Below, piece by piece: positions 26,409 to 32,430 of a DNA stretch of 32,430 bases. This stretch comes from an uncultured Candidatus Saccharibacteria bacterium (GTDB lineage: Bacteria > Patescibacteriota > Saccharimonadia > Saccharimonadales > AWTP1-31): positions 1-32,430 of the forward strand of contig CAZBRN010000002.1 in the NCBI GenBank assembly GCA_964494545.1, given 5' to 3'. The position numbers and the translations under genes were made by a program. The notes beneath the pieces were generated by a model. It ran no database searches and was not told the origin of the DNA. It saw nothing but the letters and a program-made list of their open reading frames with translations. Each line of letters starts with the position of its first letter. Positions within the stretch are counted from its first letter, which is position 1.

Positions 26409-26419
26409 AATTTGCTTCA

Positions 26420-26425
26420 ATTATA
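26420..26425 (-). promoter_or_regulatory. Perfect TATAAT (minus strand) 11 nt upstream of the CAP-protein ATG
   Basis: Plus-strand ATTATA at 26420-26425 reads TATAAT on the minus strand. No SD between it and ATG 26408. No good -35. Confidence 0.3.
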
Positions 26426-26470
26426 GCGCACATGCTTATTGAAAAGCTAGTAGTGCCCTGCAATGATGGC

Positions 26471-26974
26471 TTAACCGTGAAAGCGTAACTGAAACAATGT
26501 CATTGCAGCAGCTTGAACTACGTTAAACGACTCCTTTTGTCCAAACATAGGGATTTCTACAATATCATCACAATGCGCGAGTATCTCAGTGCTTATACCC
26601 TCTACTTCACGCCCCAAAAGTACCGCAACGTCTCGCTTAGGCATATAAGCTGGAAGCGGTACAGATCGATCGGACTGTTCAAGTGCGCAAATCGTAACTC
26701 CTTCATGTTTTAGATCATGAAGAAGTTGAATTATGTCCGTGTGAACGCTCCAAGTAATTAATGATTCCGCTCCAAGTGCTGTTTTGTGTATTTGCGCATC
26801 TAATTTTCGAGCAATGTGTGGCAGACGAGTATCATGCTCGTGAAGAGGGTACGGCGTATAACCGGTAAAATATACATGATCAATGCCTAACCCCTCTGCC
26901 GTTCGAAGCAAAGACCCAACATTATGAGTGCTACGAATATCATGAGCTATGACGGTGATTTTGTGGTTGTCCAT
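26471..26974 (-). CDS. SpoU/TrmH-family RNA 2'-O-methyltransferase
   Basis: Start taken at the ATG giving MDNHKITVIAH (26974). The track start at 27049 would overlap the pilB start. Motifs HNVGSLLRTAEGLG, LLGREVEGIS, IPMFGQKESFNVVQAAAM. Confidence 0.8.
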   Translation of the reverse strand: MDNHKITVIAHDIRSTHNVGSLLRTAEGLGIDHVYFTGYTPYPLHEHDTRLPHIARKLDAQIHKTALGAESLITWSVHTDIIQLLHDLKHEGVTICALEQSDRSVPLPAYMPKRDVAVLLGREVEGISTEILAHCDDIVEIPMFGQKESFNVVQAAAMTLFQLRFHG

Positions 26975-27047
26975 TCGAACTAGTATACCGCACCACTCGA
27001 TTTTTTTACTTCTGTAATGACGCCTCTTATGGTTAAATAGAAGGAGC

Positions 27048-28652
27048 ATGAGTCAAGATATACGAGTCACCGACGAACAGTCGACTGAAAAACGAGCACG
27101 TCTCTTAGGCTTGTCATATACCAATACTCAGCTGATGCAAGAGAAACCACTCTATAAGGATCTCATCCCGAAAGAAGATTTATACAAACTACGAGTTATT
27201 CCAATAAGTTATTCTAAAAACGGCATCCAATTCGGAATAACTACCACTACCTCCCAGCAAACGATGACGTTGCTTACGCAACAGTTCCTTGATCACCGAG
27301 TTAGCTACACGCTTATTTCAGACAGTGGCTATAACGATTATATGAAGTTGTATGATCCGCCCAAAAAAATAGTCTATAACGATATTGAAATCACTGGTGA
27401 TTCTAACATAGATATTGTGAAGCAGGTTTCAGGCACCCTCGAACAAGTGCGAGCGGATGACATGTTAGCTTACCTCACTGATCAAGCTCATAAACTAGGT
27501 GCATCTGACATTCACATTGAAAACCAACCTGAGTTCGTCCGAATTCGTCTTCGAATAGATGGAGTACTTCATCCGATTGCTAAAATCAGCCATGAACGTT
27601 GCCGCATGCTAATTTCAGCAATTGCTAGCGCTGCAAATGTATCAACATCGGCTAACATTGCACAGCAAGGTCATATAACCCAAAAAGTTGCTATGGCCGA
27701 TTCATCGATTGTCGACGTGAATCTTCGTGTCGAAACCGTGCCTGCTGTCAACGGTATGGATGTCGTAATGCGTTTATTCAACATGGAAGCCAGCATGTAC
27801 ACTCTTGATCGCCTCGGGCTCAATAGCATCGAACGTACTGTAGTTGACGACATAATCCGAAAACCAAGCGGTTTAGTACTCGCAGTTGGACCAACAGGTT
27901 CAGGAAAAACCACCACGTTGTACTCTATGCTCAACACGCTCAACATTGATACGCGCAAAATTATCACCATTGAGGACCCTGTTGAGTATCAATTTGAAGG
28001 TATTACACAAATATCCGTCACGAGTACTACCGGTGAAGAAACAAATTTTGCCGATAAACTACGTGCTGTTCTCCGACTCGACCCTGACGTTGTGATGGTA
28101 GGAGAGATTCGTGATAACGATACGGCGAAGACGGCGCTTCAGGCATCACTTACCGGGCACCTTGTACTATCGACGTTCCACGCAAGTTCTAGTGCCGCAG
28201 CCCTTACTCGCATGATCGATATCATCGGCCAAAACCCACTGTTCGTCTCTGCAATCAGGCTCATCATGGCTCAACGACTTATCAGAAGGCTTGATGATAC
28301 TACCAAAGTCGCTTATACGCCTGACGCTCAGACTATTACTCAGCTCCAAGAAATTGTCGATAGTTTGCCTTCTAAATATAAAAAACCTGATCTGAGCGCT
28401 ATACAGTTGTACAAACCAGGTACCAGCGATGCTAATCCGTTTGGCTTCAAGGGTCAAATTGCACTTCGCGAACAAATGGTAATGAATGATCAGCTTCGGA
28501 TACTTCTGCAAAAACCTGTTTCCGAAATATCGACACAAGCCATCGAAAAATCTGCTGTAGATGGCGGCATGCTCACTATGCTTCATAGCGCATTATTTAA
28601 ATTACTTTCAGGCGAGACAACCGTCGAAGAAGTTTACCGAGTGCTTGGTTAA
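27048..28652 (+). CDS. pilB: GspE/PilB-family secretion or type IV pilus assembly ATPase
   Basis: 534 aa. N-terminal GSPII_E-type domain, Walker A GPTGSGKTT, Asp box ITIEDPVEY, Walker B DPDVVMVGEIRD, His box GHLVLSTFHA. AAGGAG at 27041-27046. Confidence 0.9.
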   Translation: MSQDIRVTDEQSTEKRARLLGLSYTNTQLMQEKPLYKDLIPKEDLYKLRVIPISYSKNGIQFGITTTTSQQTMTLLTQQFLDHRVSYTLISDSGYNDYMKLYDPPKKIVYNDIEITGDSNIDIVKQVSGTLEQVRADDMLAYLTDQAHKLGASDIHIENQPEFVRIRLRIDGVLHPIAKISHERCRMLISAIASAANVSTSANIAQQGHITQKVAMADSSIVDVNLRVETVPAVNGMDVVMRLFNMEASMYTLDRLGLNSIERTVVDDIIRKPSGLVLAVGPTGSGKTTTLYSMLNTLNIDTRKIITIEDPVEYQFEGITQISVTSTTGEETNFADKLRAVLRLDPDVVMVGEIRDNDTAKTALQASLTGHLVLSTFHASSSAAALTRMIDIIGQNPLFVSAIRLIMAQRLIRRLDDTTKVAYTPDAQTITQLQEIVDSLPSKYKKPDLSAIQLYKPGTSDANPFGFKGQIALREQMVMNDQLRILLQKPVSEISTQAIEKSAVDGGMLTMLHSALFKLLSGETTVEEVYRVLG

Positions 28653-29782
28653 ACAATCAAGGCAGCAATAGTTGGGACGAGGCGATCATCCATTGGACTT
28701 GGAATGATATGCTCCGCGTCAGGATTTTCGACTAGCCCAGCGATCGCTTTTGCGGCCGCTATTTTATGATCATCGGTTATTTTACGAACGTTATTGTCGA
28801 GTGCCCCACGGAAAATACCAGGAAAAGCTAACGAATTATTAACTTGATTCGGAAAATCTGATCGACCCGTCGCCATGATCGCAACACCCGCAGACGCAGC
28901 AATATCCGGCATAATTTCTGGCGTTGGATTGGCCATAGCAAAGACAATCGGGTCTTTAGCCATTGTGGCAACCATCTCAGCGGTCAACAAACCTGCTTGA
29001 GATACTCCAATAAAGATATTAGCTCCAACGAGGGCATCAGCAAGCGAACCTGAAACATTATTCTTGTTCGTAAAGTCTAGTAACCGTATTTTATCATCAT
29101 TAAGATCAGATCTGTCTTTACTGATAATACCTTTGCTATCAACTGCAAGAATTTCTGGAGATGCGTAGAGATTGATAAGTTTCATAATAGCGGTACCGGC
29201 GGCTCCAGCACCAACACAGACTATTCTTGCTTTCGACAGATCACCTCCTGTGACTTTCATCGCGTTGATTAATCCTGCAAGCACTACGATCGCAGTGCCA
29301 TGCTGATCATCATGAAAAACCGGAATTGGCAACAGTTCCTTGAGTCGTTCTTCGACTTCAAAACAAATAGGCGCAGCGATGTCTTCCAAATTAATACCGC
29401 CAAAACTCGGAGCAATAGCGGCGACAGTGGCCACAATCTCATCAGCAGTGTGGACATCGAGGATGATCGGCACTGCATCAATATTTGCAAAATGTTTGAA
29501 AAGCATAGCTTTACCTTCCATGACAGGGAGGGCTCCGTAGGGGCCGATGTTGCCAAGCCCTAGTACTGCAGTCCCGTCAGAAACTACAGCAACTGAGTTG
29601 TTCAGCCATGTATAGTCACGAGCTTGTTCGGGATGTTCAGCGACAAAGGTGCTCACAGCGCCTACGCCAGGCGTGTAGTATGTACTAAGTTTATCTTGGC
29701 TATCTAGCGTGTCTTTTAGCGAAATACCGATTTTACCCTTTAGTTCTTTGTGTTTCTTGAGTGCTTCTTCGCTATAATTCAT
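28649..29782 (-). CDS. NAD(P)-dependent malic enzyme (short form)
   Basis: 377 aa. Motifs YTPGVG, VVSDGTAVLGLGNIGP, FGGINLEDI, VCVGAGAAGTA. Confidence 0.9.
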   Translation of the reverse strand: MNYSEEALKKHKELKGKIGISLKDTLDSQDKLSTYYTPGVGAVSTFVAEHPEQARDYTWLNNSVAVVSDGTAVLGLGNIGPYGALPVMEGKAMLFKHFANIDAVPIILDVHTADEIVATVAAIAPSFGGINLEDIAAPICFEVEERLKELLPIPVFHDDQHGTAIVVLAGLINAMKVTGGDLSKARIVCVGAGAAGTAIMKLINLYASPEILAVDSKGIISKDRSDLNDDKIRLLDFTNKNNVSGSLADALVGANIFIGVSQAGLLTAEMVATMAKDPIVFAMANPTPEIMPDIAASAGVAIMATGRSDFPNQVNNSLAFPGIFRGALDNNVRKITDDHKIAAAKAIAGLVENPDAEHIIPSPMDDRLVPTIAALIV

Positions 29783-29789
29783 AACACTT

Positions 29790-29795
29790 AGTATA
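29790..29795 (-). promoter_or_regulatory. -10-like TATACT (minus strand) 7 nt upstream of the malic-enzyme ATG
   Basis: Plus-strand AGTATA at 29790-29795 reads TATACT on the minus strand. ATG at 29782. No SD in the 7-nt gap. Confidence 0.3.
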
Positions 29796-29831
29796 CGCTA
29801 GCGTGACCCATGCAGAAAGTTGACCTTAGGG

Positions 29832-29860
29832 CTTGAAGTAAACCCCTAAATAGTGTAGAA
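29832..29860 (+). promoter_or_regulatory. Candidate promoter for rplS (TTGAAG-17 nt-TAGAAT)
   Basis: TTGAAG at 29832-29837, a 17-nt spacer, TAGAAT at 29855-29860. ATGs at 29865 and 29871 follow with no SD. Confidence 0.4.
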
Positions 29861-29864
29861 TTTA

Positions 29865-30389
29865 ATGATTATGCCATCTGTTATCAAACATATCGAAGAG
29901 AAATATAAAAAACATGCTGTTGTGGACGTCCGTCCTGGAGACAGCGTTCGCGTACACCAAAAAATTCGTGAAGGCGCCAAAGAGCGTATTCAGATTTTTG
30001 AAGGACTCGTAATCCGTGTCTCTAAAAAAGATAGTCTCAGCTCAACAATCGTCGTTCGTCGCGTAGCTGGCGGAATCGGTGTAGAGAAGAGTTATCTCAT
30101 GCACTCACCACTCATTATGAAAATCGAAGTCACCAAGCGAAGCAAAGTTCGCCGAAACTACCTCACCTATATGCGTGCTCGAACAGGTAAAGCAGCTCGA
30201 CTCACGGGCGTTGTTTTTGACAAAGCAGTCAATGAACTTCCTGAAGACCCAGCTATTGCTGCTGCTGAACAGAAGCTTAAAGACGAAGCAGCCGCAGAAC
30301 ACGAAGCAGCCGAAGCTGCAAAAGCCGCTGCAGAAGCTGAAACTGAAGCAAAAGTTGAAGCTGCTGTCGCAAGTCACGACGAAGCCTAA
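29865..30389 (+). CDS. rplS: 50S ribosomal protein L19 with Ala/Glu-rich C-terminal extension
   Basis: The first ~115 aa carry L19 motifs: VRPGDSVRVHQKIREGAKERIQIFEGLVI, RRVAGGIGVEK, SPLIMKIEV. About 55 further residues are low-complexity A/E/K. Given the -10 position, the start may be ATG 29871. Confidence 0.9.
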   Translation: MIMPSVIKHIEEKYKKHAVVDVRPGDSVRVHQKIREGAKERIQIFEGLVIRVSKKDSLSSTIVVRRVAGGIGVEKSYLMHSPLIMKIEVTKRSKVRRNYLTYMRARTGKAARLTGVVFDKAVNELPEDPAIAAAEQKLKDEAAAEHEAAEAAKAAAEAETEAKVEAAVASHDEA

Positions 30390-30410
30390 TACATTCTCGT
30401 TTACAAAATC

Positions 30411-30437
30411 ACACCTACATAAGTTGTGGGTGTTTTT
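30411..30437 (+). terminator. Rho-independent terminator after rplS
   Basis: ACACCTAC (30411-30418) pairs with GTGGGTGT (30426-30433): 7 Watson-Crick pairs plus 1 G-U, with a 7-nt loop ATAAGTT. A run of five T follows (30433-37). Confidence 0.6.
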
Positions 30438-30477
30438 GATATGATACGACCATGGAGACATACTCGAGGGCAATGAT

Positions 30478-30822
30478 ATGACAAACTATGAGCATGGCCA
30501 TAGGGCTGAGCTAATTGCAGCCGATCACTTGCGGGTAATTGGATGGATAATCCTAGACATAAATTGGCGTACTGTTTGGTGTGAAATTGATATTGTGGCA
30601 AGTATGGACAATACGGTCTGCTTCTTTGAAGTGAAGTACCGAATCAATGATCGTCAAGGCACTGGCATCGACTATATTACCCAGAAAAAACTTTCCCAAA
30701 TGAGCCGTGCCGCAGAAAGTTGGATACAAAAACATTCCGTCTATGACGATTACACTCTAGGAGTAATCGAAGTATCAGGCAAAGACTATACAATTACGAA
30801 CGTACTCATAGACGTCGACTGA
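30478..30822 (+). CDS. yraN: YraN-family (UPF0102) endonuclease-like protein
   Basis: 114 aa. Motifs GHRAELIAADHL, CEIDIVA, FFEVKYR. SD GAGGG at 30466-30470. Confidence 0.8.
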   Translation: MTNYEHGHRAELIAADHLRVIGWIILDINWRTVWCEIDIVASMDNTVCFFEVKYRINDRQGTGIDYITQKKLSQMSRAAESWIQKHSVYDDYTLGVIEVSGKDYTITNVLIDVD

Positions 30823-30827
30823 CGGTA

Positions 30828-32430
30828 TTATTTAGTAGTCTTAAAAAACGCTTTGACGAGTGCAAGGTCTCTCTTTTTCCAAGCAGATTGCCACTCTATA
30901 ATCTCTATACCTTGATTGTATGATCGTTCAAAAGCGGGCGAAAGAACGCGTCCAAAGAATTTTTTATACGTCGGCAAGAATGACGCGTCGCTACAACTTC
31001 GAACTGCATAAATCGGCATGCGATAGAATGACAAATCATTACCCATGTTTTTTTCTAGCCAATCCCAATGTGATGTCACCCATTCCCATGTCTGTTTTCG
31101 TGCATGACGATTACCGAAACTGTAGGCAATCCAATAAGCTACGTCTTGAAGTCGCACCTCTTCGGTATCTATGAGCGCCAATGCTCGGTCAATTAATTCT
31201 GGTTGTTCAAAACCTGTTAGAGCCGCGCAAAGATTGAGTCGTTCTTCGCTAAATGAACTCGCATTATGCATCGCAAGTAATTTATTAAATTCAGCCTCAC
31301 CGCCCGTCCGGGCAGCAGTCCCGTATACAACTCCTCGGAGGTCAGGATCTAGACTTGAGTTTCGAAGGCTTGCACGCGGTCCAGGTGTACGGAGTTCGGT
31401 ACCGAGATCTTCAGGGGCGTGCATATTTGCAAATAATTCTTGGGCGGCAGACACAACGTCAGTGTCATCACTAGCCGTCGCAAGTCCTAGTATCATTGGC
31501 CTTAGGAGTCGATCGAAGTGAGATTCATGGGCAATAGGCTCCCATCCAAGACGCTTCACTTGAGCTGCTACAAGTTCGCGAATAAACGGTTTCATCGCAT
31601 CACGGACTGATTCATCATCCATGACAACTTTTATACTACCGAGCAACCCTGCTATCACATCCCAGACTGCATTATCATCTTCATGTTTATAACTTTTCAG
31701 TAAGTTAAGCACCTCTACTGCGTCTGTTTTACCCGCCTTTGCGGCTTCGGTCATATCAGCGAGTAACCCTAATCTATCGAGCGGTTCTAAATGCCCACCG
31801 TGAACTCGTGCTGCTAGCTGCTGCAAGTGCGTTGCATTGTATGTTGTACGATAAAAGCCGCTTCCGCCATGATTAAGCTTAAAATTGTCAGTATGCTTCG
31901 TCTCAACACGTAGTTCTGCTTGATCAAATGTTTCTGGCGCATCGATTGAATTGCTCAATGTAGGAATTGGCCAATTGAGCTTGGCTGCTTTCGTAGCTCC
32001 TGGGTTGAAATAGAATCGTTCTTGGCTGAGCGTGATATGATCTCGCGCCACATTCGTCTGGACAATTGGATAGCCACTTTGGCTCGTCCATGCATGCATA
32101 AAAGCACGTACTGGCTTCTTGGAAGCTTCTTCTAGCGCGTCCCACAAATCGAGTGTAGTTGTATTCTTATAGCTATGCTTCTTCAGATAGTATCGTAATC
32201 CGGTCTGGAAATCAGTAGCCCCAAGGTAGTGATAGACCATGTGAATGACGCTGGCTCCCTTGCTGTAACTAATTCCGTCAAAAATCGTACGTATTTCATC
32301 TGGGTGATTTACGGCTACCTCTACGGGGTGCGTATGTTCGAGTGCGTCTAGTTTGAGTGCTTGCTGTTGTTCGTCGACTGCAAACTGAGTCCACATTTTC
32401 CAATTCGGGAAAATATGATCAACTGCAAGA
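30828..32430 (-). CDS. pepN: M1-family aminopeptidase N, 5'-truncated by the window edge
   Basis: The frame stays open to the window end (..AVDHIFPNWKMWTQF). FDGISYSKGASVIHM is the segment that follows the off-window HEXXH-E catalytic site. A long helical ERAP1-like C-terminal domain follows. Confidence 0.85.
   Translation of the reverse strand, partial: LAVDHIFPNWKMWTQFAVDEQQQALKLDALEHTHPVEVAVNHPDEIRTIFDGISYSKGASVIHMVYHYLGATDFQTGLRYYLKKHSYKNTTTLDLWDALEEASKKPVRAFMHAWTSQSGYPIVQTNVARDHITLSQERFYFNPGATKAAKLNWPIPTLSNSIDAPETFDQAELRVETKHTDNFKLNHGGSGFYRTTYNATHLQQLAARVHGGHLEPLDRLGLLADMTEAAKAGKTDAVEVLNLLKSYKHEDDNAVWDVIAGLLGSIKVVMDDESVRDAMKPFIRELVAAQVKRLGWEPIAHESHFDRLLRPMILGLATASDDTDVVSAAQELFANMHAPEDLGTELRTPGPRASLRNSSLDPDLRGVVYGTAARTGGEAEFNKLLAMHNASSFSEERLNLCAALTGFEQPELIDRALALIDTEEVRLQDVAYWIAYSFGNRHARKQTWEWVTSHWDWLEKNMGNDLSFYRMPIYAVRSCSDASFLPTYKKFFGRVLSPAFERSYNQGIEIIEWQSAWKKRDLALVKAFFKTTK

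Noticed and set aside
28167-28586. 139-aa minus-strand ORF inside pilB. The same applies to 23411-23761 in dnaE, 31171-31521 in pepN, 7625-8011 in tktC and 30105-30473 in rplS.
   Set aside because: All are antisense to confidently identified genes and carry no recognisable motifs.
29825-29848. TTAGGG-12 nt-CCCTAA inverted repeat upstream of rplS, considered as a possible L19 leader or autoregulatory hairpin
   Set aside because: The stem is only 6 bp. It overlaps the best candidate -35 element, so it would probably not be transcribed. I could not verify any similarity to the Firmicute L19 leader.
1-32430. Alternative genetic code (UGA recoding, as in some candidate-phyla bacteria), CRISPR arrays, IS elements and prophage genes
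   Set aside because: TGA terminates several well-delimited genes and forms ATGA coupling junctions. I noticed no repeat-spacer periodicity, transposase, integrase or phage structural genes on either strand.

Overview
Gene-dense chromosomal segment of a small-genome bacterium. Intergenic gaps are mostly 100 nt or less, with many ATGA or overlapping junctions. The standard code fits: TGA acts as stop at the ATGA junctions 1467-1470, 6140-6143 and 17896-17899. I call 34 plausible-to-confident CDS plus one doubtful ORF; two CDS are cut by the window edges. By eye I find no rRNA, tRNA, CRISPR array, transposase or integrase. In order: trxB (partial); an FNR-like flavoprotein coupled to a glycerophosphodiesterase; ppa, a methyltransferase and a Nudix hydrolase; a sugar-phosphate supercluster (gap, rpiB, rpe, split transketolase, class II aldolase, PfkB-family kinase); an unknown 413-aa protein translationally coupled to a LOG/TIGR00725-like protein; uvrB; an orphan putative alpha/beta hydrolase next to the only long non-coding gap (439 nt); gatC-gatA-[117-aa ORF]-gatB; galU; a DUF948-like/YtxH/small-membrane trio; dnaE; a membrane-anchored CAP/SCP protein; a SpoU/TrmH methyltransferase; an orphan PilB/GspE ATPase; malic enzyme; rplS with a long Ala/Glu tail; yraN; pepN (partial). 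The gene set and compact architecture fit a Saccharibacteria/Patescibacteria-like or otherwise reduced Gram-positive-type genome, but that is inference only. Most of the window is housekeeping. The best candidates for something undescribed are (i) the coupled unknown + LOG-like pair at 10715-12519, next to a kinase and the pentose-phosphate genes; (ii) the orphan hydrolase plus 439-nt gap at 14545-16177; (iii) the 117-aa ORF wedged inside gatCAB. No homology search, GC calculation or RNA folding could be run. All family calls rest on motifs I recognise in the translations.
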